Shown piece after piece: positions 14,910 through 26,558 of a stretch of DNA of 64,000 nt. The stretch lies in contig OZ024740.1 in assembly GCA_964016885.1 (NCBI GenBank), positions 246,450,001 through 246,514,000 of the forward strand, written 5' to 3'. This DNA comes from Eledone cirrhosa (lineage: Eukaryota). Numbering within the stretch: the stretch's first letter is position 1; each line of letters begins with the position of its first letter. Position numbers and translations under genes: made by a program. A model generated the notes under the pieces. The model was given only the letters and a program-made list of their open reading frames with translations, searched no databases and had not been told where the DNA came from.

Positions 14910-16149
14910 TCTTTGTTGGTGAGTGAGGTTTTTTTTGTGTTTGTTTGCATGTAAGGAGCATTGTCACATATCCTATGGTTTTTCGTAGGACAGCAATATT
15001 TTTTTTCTACTTTAGTTATATATGATGGTATTTTTGGTGGTGTTCTGTTCTTGTTAATATCTCTATCACCAAGATAATACTTCACTGTCGTTGCTAAAGC
15101 ATATAAACAGGCGTTGATTTGCCAAAATGTTGGGGTTTTTATCCGTCGTAAATATTCATCCCCTATTTCGTCAATAACACGTAATATTTCATTATTTGTT
15201 TTTTTATTAAATATTATTGATTTAATACGTTCAGCAAGAGAATTGTTTATACATGAATTAATTTCTCTCTGGAAGATTTCGTTGAGGGAAATTTTCAATT
15301 GTTTATACTTTTGATTATTATCATTATCGATAGTATTTTCCACAACAGTCGCGGTAGATTCGGATGGTACACGTGGTGTCAAATTTCTTCGATTACAATT
15401 ATTATTTCTTCGATTATTATTATTATCGATAGTGTTTTCCCCAGCATTCGAGGTAGACTTAGATGGTACACGTGGTGTGAAATTTCTTACAGGCATAGTT
15501 GTTTCATGGCACTGTTCGACCTGGCTGCTAGGAAGTCTAGTAGCATGGCGACCTTTAGCACGTGTTTTTGATTCCATGTTTGTTGTGGGGGACTTACAAT
15601 TAATAATATTTATCTTATTTTTACGTTCAACAAACGTCGCTTGTTGGCGTAATTGTTTTGCTGTGAAATAATTTAGCACTGGGTGTATTTTGTCCCAATG
15701 TAGCTTCATTCAGTTAATATAGCCAATGGAGGGATTGTTTTTTGCCATTTTATGACAATTAAATAAATCATCATTATGTTCGCAACTCAAAGAGAAATGC
15801 GATTTATAATTTCGGTATCTTCTGTAGCTACAACTGAATGAATTTTGTTTACATTTTCCGTTGTTTTTCTTCGGTACTTCTTTAATGTTGTTGATATTGT
15901 TGTGTTCAGCCATGCTGTCTGTAGCAAATCCTTGTAAAATGAATTATGTATTTAGACGGATATCTCTACGAATTCGAATAAAAGGTGTCTTCAGTGGATA
16001 TAGTCAGAAGAATATCCAGTTATTCAACATGACTGTAGTTGTGGTATTACTGTCGGAGATAGTATTCATCTTAAATTTAATGAATAGTCTCCCAAACCAA
16101 AATATGCGACTGATCGCGTTGACTGACTGACTGTATGTATATATGTATG

Positions 16150-16722
16150 TCTCGTTTTATAACTTCACAAATATTTGCCAATAGAGAGAGTCGGTGTCTA
16201 ACATAGACACATGACTCTCTCATTGGAATTTAAACAACATCAACTAGGTAGATATGTCTGCATGTCTGCATGCATGCATGTGTATGCAGGTATGGATGTT
16301 ATTGTATGTGTGGATGTGAATGTTTTGAGTTATATGTGTGCATGTGCATATACTTTGTATCTGTACATGTGTATATGCAGTTATTAGATGAAGAATTTTT
16401 AGAATGTTTTACATATTTTTTACTGTTCCATTAATGGATTGTACTTTTAATTTCCTAACTAGCCATGTTCATTCTGTTTCTGTGAAGTCCAGCTTTTCAA
16501 GATTTGTATTGAGGCAGTTACTAACATATCCCAGTGCCCCAATAACACAGGCATAAATTTGAAGGTATAGTCAGGGTGGAGTATTTTCCTTTTTGGTATC
16601 TGCTGGGCAGTTAACTTCCATTGCTGTGCATGACTTCTTTTCCCTGTCCCATATCATTATATCTGGTCTATTATGCCTGCATTTTATTGGGGATTTTACT
16701 GGAACATTCCACCAGTACTCTT
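16150..16722 (-). mobile_element. 3' fragment of the same R4-like family, head-to-tail upstream of the long copy
   Basis: Similar to 11950-12530 (endonuclease end + 3' UTR); retains HNRPDIMIW. Confidence 0.85.
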
Positions 16723-16779
16723 AAAATTATTTTTAAGTGAACATGATTTTAAATAAAATATTTTTAAGTGAACATGGCC

Positions 16780-17215
16780 CAACGGGTCACGGGTGGTCTA
16801 GTTAGGAATACAATTAAAGCATTTAAAATGGAGAGGGGGAAACATGCAGGACTGAAAAGTAAAGAGCGGAAAAATGAGATCAAGAGTAATAATGATGAAT
16901 CCAGTGTTGGTTTTCAAATACCATATGTGCCCTGAAGCGTGTCTTTCAAATGCTGGCTTGAAGTCACACCAACAAGCACGTGATAGTAAATTCCAAGTTG
17001 ACTATTCAAACTTCATTGCAGCGAATCAGTTCTAGTGCTATGTTTGTCAGAGAATTTGCAAATCAGGTGGTGGATTGAAGTGACATCTGAACATACACAA
17101 CAAGCAAACTCAAAGTGGAACAAAGAACGAAATGAGACATTATTGTATTATTTGTGAACGACCCGTTCACGGGCTTTCCGGACTCAAAAGCCATTTGAGA
17201 TCTCAAGCCAGGAAG
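16780..17215 (+). mobile_element. Decayed RTE-like 3' end with C2H2-like repeats
   Basis: CIICERPVHGLSGLKSHLRS and two weaker upstream repeats of the same motif. Confidence 0.45.
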
Positions 17216-19247
17216 AAAAAGACATTAGAATTAAGAATTAATATATATCCTATGTATATATATATTCGAATATATAGGATGCCCAGTAAGTTTTTCTTGA
17301 TTTTGGTAAACATTAGGAAGCAATCGATAGAATAAAGTCCAAATTGTTAACTCAAATTCTATGGTTATAATTATATGCAATAATTTCGTATTTCGGATGC
17401 CATCAATGGGGCTGTTAATCTTTTCTGCGTCAAAGTATTTCTTAAAATGTCTAATAACATTTTATCATTTTAACATTCTCATTAATACAATCAGAATAGA
17501 CATGATCACGGCTTGAAAACAATTCGTAGCGAGACTTTTGTTTGGATTTTGAATTTGCTTCGTTAATCACAAGATTCCAGGCTTGATCCTATTCCGTGAC
17601 ATCTGAGCAAGTGTCTTTTTACCATTGCCCCAGGTCGTCCCAAACTTTGAAACTATGAAAACCCACAGGATAAATTGTACCTATAATTAAAATGTTCAAT
17701 CTTGTCACATATTGTGTCCTGCTGTTTCGGTTTTGAAATTATGTTAGGGGTACACGTGTCTGTGGAATGTTCAGTCACATATATGTTAATTTAACGAGTT
17801 GGGGGTTTTATTGATGAAGCTGATTTTACATCGGCGAAATCAACGGAGGACCCATCATCATTCTGAAAAAAGAATAACAACACAGTATTTAATTGTAATT
17901 TAATTAAACTGCACAAATTATTTATAAGATATAGAAATTATACTATACTTTACTACAGAATATATATAGAAAGAGATTTTTAACAAACACTATAGGTATG
18001 GACAGATGTAAACAGCAAGTCTTTGTGCCACTTTCATCATCGCACAATTCTGTTTGTTAGTGTTTTATTGCCGAACACGTTGAATCTATGATTGCAATAG
18101 TTAAACGTAAACTTGGAAATCTTTTCATCATGCCTTCATCATGTGATTTTTATAACTATGAATTGCGAACAAAAAATGTTTTGTTATTTGGTCAACATAA
18201 CTGTAATATATATCTTCGAAAAGGTATCTGCATATTTTCTTTAAAAATATATATATTATTAAAACAAGTTTCGAGGAATCAAATCTAGAGGGAAGTAACA
18301 TATATTAAACAACGTTATGTCGCACAAAAACTAAACTGTGCTCCCCACCCTTTTTTTTTTGTTTTTAGAAAGGAAGAAATGGAATTCTGTGGCAATAAAT
18401 GCGCAGCGTAAATGAAGCTGCAAGCTTCAAGTGGAGATCGAAATCAGGTTAGCGTCCCAGTTTAACAGGATTTTATTTCTTCTTTTATACACACTCCTGC
18501 AATTGTTGTAGTCTGCAAATATCTACAAATCCGCCTCCTCCACTCATCCTTTCTCTCTTTTGCACGTCGGCGGGTGGAATGTTGAGGTATGATTTACGCA
18601 TGGTTTCCGAGTTATTGTCAAACATCATTTATTTGTTGCCTGTCACAGTCAACTAGGAAGTACTAATTGGAAGTGAATAGCACCAACAACTGCAGTAGAA
18701 CAACTGCAGCAGCAGTAACAAAGGCGAGGGCAGATAGAGGAAGAAATTGTGTACTTTGTGCCAAGTTAACATTTGTTAAAAAAAAACAAAGAAAAAATAG
18801 GAGTGTCGTTTTTTTTTGTTTTTCTTTTCATTTTACCTTTCGTTGTTTATAACTTTCTTTCTTTTTTCTCTCTTTCTTTCTGTTTCACCCTCTTCCTTTC
18901 TGTTTTGTTTACTTTCATTCCCTTTCCTAAGCTTTTTTCCCGGCCTCTTCCTTTTTCTTTCTCCCATTCTTTCTTGGCTTTTTTTTACCTTTCATTCCAT
19001 ATCTTCTTTCTTTCTTTCTTTCTTTCTTTCCATGTCTTCTTTTTTCTTTCCTCCTTATTTATTTCATTACTAATTCTACTCACACTTATTTTTAGCTTTC
19101 CTATATTTTTCTATACCCCCTCTCTCCCTTTGCCTCTCTCTTTATTTTTTAGATTTCTAAATCATTCACTTTATTCTTTTATTCTACCCATTCTTTATTC
19201 GTGCCATACGTATTCGTTTTCTTGCACTTTTTAACCTCATTTTATCA

Positions 19248-19335
<88 letters not shown>

Positions 19336-19868
19336 CCCCCTCTCTCTCTCACTCTCTCTCTCTCTCTCTCTTTTTTCTTTCTTTCCTTCTGTTGATTCTT
19401 TCCTTTCCTGCTTTCTTTCTTTGTTCGTTTGTCTCTTTCTTTCTTTCATTCTTTCTTTTTTTTTTCGTTGTCTTTCTTCTGTGTTTTTCATTCTCACTTT
19501 CCTTCCTTCTACCTACCTCTCTATTTCTATATATTTACATTTTACTTTCTTGCTTCCCCATCTCAATACGATACGAAACAAAACTTACCTTTTTGTTTAG
19601 ATTCACCTATCAAGACATAAAGAATTCTGATAACAAGGTTAAGATAAAAGAAGACAATGAAAAGAAATGAGAAAATAGAGAACTTACAGAGAAAAGGGAC
19701 TAGACTACAAGAAATAAAAGAATAATAGGCCTAACTAGATCTAAAAACCAGAAAGTTCTTATGGAAAGGTCACACGTATATTCAGGATAGCTAAAGTCTC
19801 ATTTGTCAGGATGGTTTATTTTTTGCGCTATCCACTAAATAGATAGCGAATTGGCAGAGTCGTTAGAG

Positions 19869-20627
19869 CAGGAGCCTGAAACACGTAACACGAGGGCCGC
19901 ATACGTCCCGCAAACTATTTTTCTATGGCCCACGACAAAACAATTTTCGTGAATAATATTTTCCTAAAACTTAGTAATTTGTTCCTCGCCCCTTCCATAA
20001 ACTTACAACAAAAGCAATAGCAGCAGCAGTCATATTAAGCTTGACCCACCATTCTAATGCAAACAGACAATCAATAGTCAGGCTTTGACTATGTTTCTCC
20101 CCAGGGATGGATAGAATGCACTTTAATATTTCAGTCGCTTTTAATTCAAGATCAAAATACGAAAAGTAGAAATGCATATCGAATTTTATATGCATTAAAA
20201 AAATACATTTTAATAAGAACGTTAGTGAACACTACATTGACTTGTTTCAAAGACCTATTGAGTTGGAGAAGTGACTGAGATTATCGAAAACTAAATTGCA
20301 CATAAGAACATGAAATCTTTTGTTTCATAAAATGAGAAGGGCAGATTTGACAATTCATATTGGTGTGGAGAGTGTGCTTGAGATAAAAAAGAAACATTTA
20401 CCGAAAGTAAATACAGAATTAAGGAAAATTCGTAACGGAAAATTTGTTCCTCTACATTTTGTACTAATTCACATATCTCAATTACTATCATGCATGTTCA
20501 TTTTCATGGAAAAAGAATAGCAACCTATGGGATGTATTGCAGATTATTAATATTATCATTTTTAGACCATTATGCCTCTCCTCCAGGACGTAATGGTCTT
20601 TTTGAGTCCTTGAATTTGAGACTCCCA
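19869..20627 (+). mobile_element. Internally deleted hAT (Charlie/SPIN-like) DNA transposon
   Basis: Imperfect TIRs CAGGAGCCTGAAAC / TTTGAGACTCCCA, subterminal GGGCCGCA..GGCCC motifs, 8-bp TSD CGTTAGAG (19861-68) / CTTTAGAG (20628-35). Confidence 0.6.
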
Positions 20628-21227
20628 CTTTAGAGCGTTCAGGAGATGGCACTTCGCCAGTTTCGACGATGAGTGTTCCAGTTATTCCATCAATGAAACA
20701 ACATAATCATAAAATTAACGCGTGTTTGATAATTCCACAAACACGTGCACCCTTAAGGTATTTCTTAGGAAGATTCAGTGTGACAGTGTATGACAAGATT
20801 GGTCTTTTGAATTACAGACACAATGCAACCAACGGCTTCCGTCTACCCAATTTCACTCACAAGGCATGTTAAATGGCACTTGCTCCACATACCATACAGT
20901 GGGATAAAACCCCTGACCTATTACTTTCTTGCTTCCCCATCTCAATACGATGTGAAATGAATTCCTTAACCATTCGGTCATACTGTGAGAGCGTAGAACA
21001 AAGATGCTTGAAATATATATATATTTAACCTGATTAGTTCTTTCGTTGTTTTGGTATTGTATGGTTGGGTTTTGCCTACCGCAATTTTCAATTTGTCAAG
21101 CTATTTAAACGTAATGTTATTACTCTAAGGAACAACCCTTATTGAGTGCTTTGCTACTCACTCCTTATTGTAGGTCGACTTTGCTTGGCCACAGCCAAAG
21201 CTTCGATTTTATTAAGCTTCCACTTGC

Positions 21228-21311
<84 letters not shown>

Positions 21312-22088
21312 ATATATATGCTTCGGTTCTCTGGTCTTCCTTCTCTGACAATATACAATAAAAACTATTCCTGTTATGACCACCCCTTCTTATTCTCGAG
21401 CATTTATTAACTAATTTAATATTATCGAATATAACCATGCTTTTTCAAAGTAGGAGGAAGTTTGAGAAATTTCTCTGCCATTTCAAGCTGCTCAGTTTTT
21501 GGCTCGATACGATTATCAGATGAAGGAGAGAAGGACAGAGAGAGAAAGAGAGAGAGAGAGGGGGGGATAAATCGTTTATAATAAACCAACATGGCCGACA
21601 GTTCTGTGTAAATAGTGATTACAATGACGGTCGTTAATGGATTTAGTCTAACAGAGTAACATTTTCTCACGGATAATACAACCGAGGACATTTACTATAC
21701 AGCACCAACTGCCCCCCCCCCCCCCCCCTCTCTAGTTTTCATTTTATCAATCTTGCTTTCCCTACATTTGTCTCTATTTTTCTTTCAAGCAATGTTGACC
21801 TCTGTTCATTAATGTATGTATATTTGTATATTTACAAGTCTCTAATACTCTCTACATCTTTGACCGTCGTCATCATTAGAAAGCCTCCGCTACAAACAAC
21901 AACAATAACACTCTCCCTCACATGCCGCTCCGACACCACGCTGCTTTCCCCTATCTCTGTCCCTCTGTCTACATTCCCCATCACCATCAGTACGACAGGT
22001 CACGACAAGTCCGTGCCAGTTTTTTGTCTAAACTTATCCTGACTCTAATACATGCTATCATTTTACAATAACTGTTATTCTAGGTTGT

Positions 22089-22345
22089 GAAGACGCATAG
22101 CCTAGTGCTTAAGGTACTCGGCTCATGATTGAAATGTCATAAGTTTGATTTCTGGTGGCACCTTGTGTCCATGAACAAGACACTTTCGTTCAGCCCTTTA
22201 TGGTCTGAGTTCAAATCCTGCCGAGGTTAACTTTGCCTTTTATCCTTACGGGGCCGATAGAATAAAGTACCAGTAATACACTGGAATAATTGCTGGCCTT
22301 GTGCCAAAAGTAGAAACAGTTATTTATCTCACGTGGCAAAAATGA
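22089..22345 (+). mobile_element. SINE family 2 copy interrupted by a SINE family 1 fragment (about 22195-22323)
   Basis: Family-2 head to ACACTTT, then family-1 core and tail, then family 2 resumes TATCTCACGTGGCAAAAATGAG. Confidence 0.65.
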
Positions 22346-22639
22346 GTTGTATCTGTGATTTAGAGGGCCGGTTTTAGAATCTACTTACAGGTTGCTTCGA
22401 ATTTCACACACTTGTTGTTTAGCCACAAGTCGGCCATATTTGAACTAATCTATGGTCAAAGGAATTCCAGCTGTAAATATTTTATCAACATTTTCGCTTG
22501 CTCCAGAATGACCGGAAAATAAACCGTTGTTGCCGGCTTGCGTGTTTATTATTCGAGGCACCGTTCATGAACCAAGACGTTTTATGTTCGGACAAATTTT
22601 ATGTGAAACAATTTGTTCGTGATGAGAGGCGTTCGTAAA

Positions 22640-23200
22640 CCGAGGTTCCAATATAATAACAAATTGAGTCCCACTGATGCAACAGGCACAGCACACAGAA
22701 AAAGTACAAAAAAAAAAGAAACATTTCGTATATTACAAGAACCAAGGTGGTTATAGAATGGATGAACATGTCATTAAAAACAAATTGTAAAGCAAAACAC
22801 AACAAAATCGCTCCTAACCACAAACTCATAGTTAGAATAGACTACAAAAACACTAAAAGTAAAAAGCTCCTCATCAATACGAAACCATAGTATGGTAAAC
22901 CACCAAACGTATTGCAGATAAGCAATGGGATATATGAATTTCAATGTTGTGAACTTCATGACCAAAATTGTTACATTGGTTACACATGCACTAAACTTTC
23001 CTGTCGGTTAACTATGCAGTCATTGCAACACATTTCCATAATAATACGTGCAAAAACAAACTAACAAACGAGATAGGACTACATTAGTCAATACCACTAC
23101 AATTCTATATAGAAGTCCACTCAAAACAAGGTAAACAACTATGTAGGGGCCACTAATAATAGAATATAAACAAAAAATAACACACATATAGCATACATGA
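22640..23200 (+). mobile_element. Decayed PLE fragment with GIY-YIG motif
   Basis: 22921-23020 translates SNGIYEFQCCELHDQNCYIGYTCTKLSCRLTMQ (not in the ORF track). Confidence 0.65.
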
Positions 23201-23392
23201 ACCAAATGATAAATGTTTGCCATGCTTCAACCGTTGAGAAAATTTAAATCTCTCGTGATCGGTTACGACCACTGTCAAGCACGTGATCAATACGCAACTG
23301 GTATGATCATTCCGATTCTGAAAATGGGACTGTGAAGCCTTCGAAATGTTAATGAACACATTTATTTAGAACCATTTGTGTTCTAAACTAAG

Positions 23393-23582
23393 GGCGGTGG
23401 ATTGGCAGTATCGGTAGAGGGTCAGACACCATGCTTTCCAGCATAGTTACGTCCCTTTACGATCTGAGTTCAAATCCCGCCGAGGTTGACTTTGCCTTTC
23501 ATCCTTACGGGGTCGATAAAATAAAGTACCAGTAATGCACTGGGTAATTTGCTGGCCTTGTGCCTAAAGTAGAAACAATTAT
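23393..23582 (+). mobile_element. SINE family 1, full length
   Basis: A-box TGGCAGTATCGG, B-box GTTCAAATCC, Nin-like core; 14-bp TSD TGTTCTAAACTAAG at 23379-92 / 23583-96. Confidence 0.92.
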
Positions 23583-23901
23583 TGTTCTAAACTAAGCATA
23601 GAAAACTAATATGGAAATATGAAAAATCCTTAATAAAAATGATGAAAATGGAGCACATGCGTGTTTTCAGTATAACATGTTTGAAAGAGAATCTGTTTCC
23701 TACTTACATACATAATCTACACACACACACACATTTATATATAAATATTATTTAGAAAACTTTTTTTTTCTTCCCTGATGACTGTCCTCTTAGTTATAAA
23801 CGCACTGTGGTGAGATGTACTGTCTTTAATGCGTCGAAACATCAGCGACCAGCCGAAGAGCGGGAGTTGTCGTTATGTTTGTGTTTCTCTTACGTTTTCT
23901 A

Positions 23902-23952
<51 letters not shown>

Positions 23953-23962
23953 TATGTATAAA

Positions 23963-24027
<65 letters not shown>

Positions 24028-24043
24028 GTATAAATATATATTT

Positions 24044-24105
<62 letters not shown>

Positions 24106-24157
24106 TATTTACGTATCGAGAGAGAGAAAAAAAAAGGGGAGGATAGGTGATACATAT

Positions 24158-24342
24158 AGTTATTTGCCAAGTAGCGTATGCCAAAGGTGCTCGATACTAG
24201 TGCCGGCAGTATTAAATATGTACTTTCCCACGTGCTTACGCTCGGCTAACTCTCTAGCCCACTAAATATTAACACTTCGAATATTTAATACTGCCGGCAC
24301 TAGTATCGAGCACCTTTGGCATACGCTACTTGGCAAATAACT
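24158..24342. repeat. 62-bp perfect inverted repeat with 61-bp spacer
   Basis: 24158-24219 is the reverse complement of 24281-24342. Confidence 0.9.
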
Positions 24343-24355
24343 CTTACTTTCCCAC

Positions 24356-24451
<96 letters not shown>

Positions 24452-24480
24452 CCCCCTCTGGTGATGTCTAGCAGAAGCAA

Positions 24481-24539
24481 GGGGGACAACCGTCTATGCA
24501 TTTCAGGCTTAACTGGCCTTCGTCAGGACGGTCCTTCCC
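24481..24539 (-). ncRNA. Type I hammerhead ribozyme with extended stem I
   Basis: GGGAAGGACCGTC-CTGACGA-AGGC[CAGTTAA]GCCT-GAAA-TGCA-TA-GACGGTTGTCCCCC; canonical core, ATGCAT palindrome. Confidence 0.88.
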
Positions 24540-24730
24540 ACCGCTTGCGGAAATATTTATACATATTTTATAAAGCTATGCTTGAAGCGAAATCCTATTT
24601 CTTTTTTTTTTTATTATAAGTTGAGCCAACTTAAGCAGCTTCATATGAAAATGAGATTAATCACCTCATTTACACAGTCGAGAAAAGTATATATTCTCGC
24701 CTGTCTTCTAGTCCAGCAGTCGCAAGCGGT

Positions 24731-24789
24731 GGGAGGGACCGTCTTGACGAAGGCCAGTTAAGCCTGAAATGCATAGACGGTTGTCCCCC
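24731..24789 (+). ncRNA. Type I hammerhead ribozyme, inverted sister copy with C3U change
   Basis: GGGAGGGACCGTC-TTGACGA-AGGC[CAGTTAA]GCCT-GAAA-TGCA-TA-GACGGTTGTCCCCC. Confidence 0.78.
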
Positions 24790-25452
24790 TTGCTTCTGCT
24801 GGACATCACCAGAGGGCGTTAGCCCCCGGTGTTTGCATAGCTACGGCTTCCTAAAACCGTATTTCTTTGGAGGTACGAAATATTTATACATATTGTATAA
24901 AGCTATGCTTGAAGCGAAATCCTATTTCTTATATATATATATAAGTTAATGATTATGACTTCATGCAATTGACTTATGTTTCGTCACTATATATATATAT
25001 ATATTTATATATATCATACATTGAGTTAGAAACTCAAAATAGTCTTTTACAATTAAATAGCTCAAAGAAAGAAATTTTTCCGAGCCGTGTAATATAATTG
25101 AATATATAAGAGCGATAAACACCGATACAAGTATACATGTGTTCCATTTGCAAAGGTCCAAGTTAACTAGGTTGAAACAAATACTAACTTAAAACAATAT
25201 GGTTTGCCTGAGCCGATTTAAAATAATAAATCAATAAAAAGAACAAACCTATATTAGGCAAAAGCCTTAGATACCCAGACAGACTTAAATGTGTTTCGCA
25301 ATAATTATTAAATGAAAGACACTATTTCTGTGCTCTTCAGTAGGTATCCAAAAATTAGTAGACCTTTCACTTCTAAGAATCTAAGAAGACTTGGTCCTTT
25401 GCAATTGGAACACATGTACACTTAAATCTGTGTTTATCGCTCTCATATATTC

Positions 25453-25498
<46 letters not shown>

Positions 25499-25561
25499 GC
25501 ACATATACATATGTATATATACACATATATATACACACTCATATGTATATGAATATGTATA

Positions 25562-25651
<90 letters not shown>

Positions 25652-25897
25652 AACATATACATTGAGGCCCTCAGTCGTTTCCGATTCAGCAGTTAATTCA
25701 TTTAACGGCACTGCCTGCTTATGAAATTAATGTGTGACTGACTATTCCACAGACTCGTGCACCCTTAATGTATTAACGTAGTTCTCAGCGTGACACAATG
25801 CATGAAAGGGTTAGTTATTGAATTTACAGGTACAACTCATTTTTGCCAGCTGTATGGACTAGGTTCGATCGTGAATCGAACACTCTAACTACTAAGC

Positions 25898-25957
25898 CAT
25901 ACATACATACATACATACATACATACATACATACATACATACATACATACATACATA
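25898..25957 (+). repeat. (CATA)n microsatellite
   Basis: About 15 perfect units directly abutting a 5'-truncated LINE. Confidence 0.95.
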
Positions 25958-26538
25958 GTTGCCAGCTGCGAAAGAATGTCATCTCGTTACTACCCACCCA
26001 TGAGACACGATGGGATAGCTAGAACATCTGGAACGCACTTCGAAAAACAAAATTAACAACAAACGAGGACGAATATATTGAGACAGATGGCACTAAGGAA
26101 TACTGGTGGAACCTGAAAATAAAAACTGCCACCAAATTAAAGCACAACCGGCCTGATATTGTTGTTTGGGACCACACATTGAAAACGTGTTCTGTTGTGG
26201 AGATCAGCTGCCCACTTGATGTAAACGTTGACAGAAAAATACAGGAGAAGGAGGACATCTACGGACCATTGATGAGGAGTCTACAAATCCAGTATCCAAG
26301 ATACACCTTTAGCATCATTATTGAAGCTACGGGTTATATACCAACCCGCTTGGACCAAAGTATGACTGAACTTGGATTTGCGGACAAAAAGCGCAGCTCC
26401 CTAATTCATAGTTTACAAATGTCAAAATTTGCAAAACATTCTTGCGATTCAAGGGATGACAATTTCTTTTCTTTTACAACCTTGCCACCAAGAAGGTGGC
26501 CGGGCAAAAAAATATACTCGAAATTAAGAGAAAGAGAT
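25958..26538 (+). mobile_element. 5'-truncated R4-like LINE (REL endonuclease end), related subfamily
   Basis: VASCERMSSRYYPPMRHD, EYWWN, HNRPDIVVWD, VVEISCPLD..KIQEKEDIY. Confidence 0.8.
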
Positions 26539-26558
26539 TACATACATACGTACATATA

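Larger units (their letters stand above)
11941..16133 (-). mobile_element. Near full-length R4/Dong-like non-LTR retrotransposon (RT + restriction-like endonuclease), frameshifted
   Basis: N-terminal MKLHWDKIHP..AKQLRQQA; RT NYRPIAC, DYRKAFDS, GIFQGDSLS, SVDDLKL; RLYLKRKQGGRGL; CRLC..H..SSC..RHD; VEVSCPAD..K..EK..Y. Confidence 0.9.

Noticed and set aside
18773-19670. Hydrophobic Phe/Leu/Ser-rich ORFs resembling membrane proteins
   Set aside because: They come from a pyrimidine-rich low-complexity tract and (CT)n repeat.
23393-23475. tRNA gene
   Set aside because: The A and B boxes belong to a multi-copy SINE head with core, tail and TSD; there is no full cloverleaf.
23770-23875. CTGATGA...GAAAC hammerhead candidate downstream of the GIY-YIG fragment
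   Set aside because: The core boxes are present, but I cannot form stem I or a consistent cleavage triplet.
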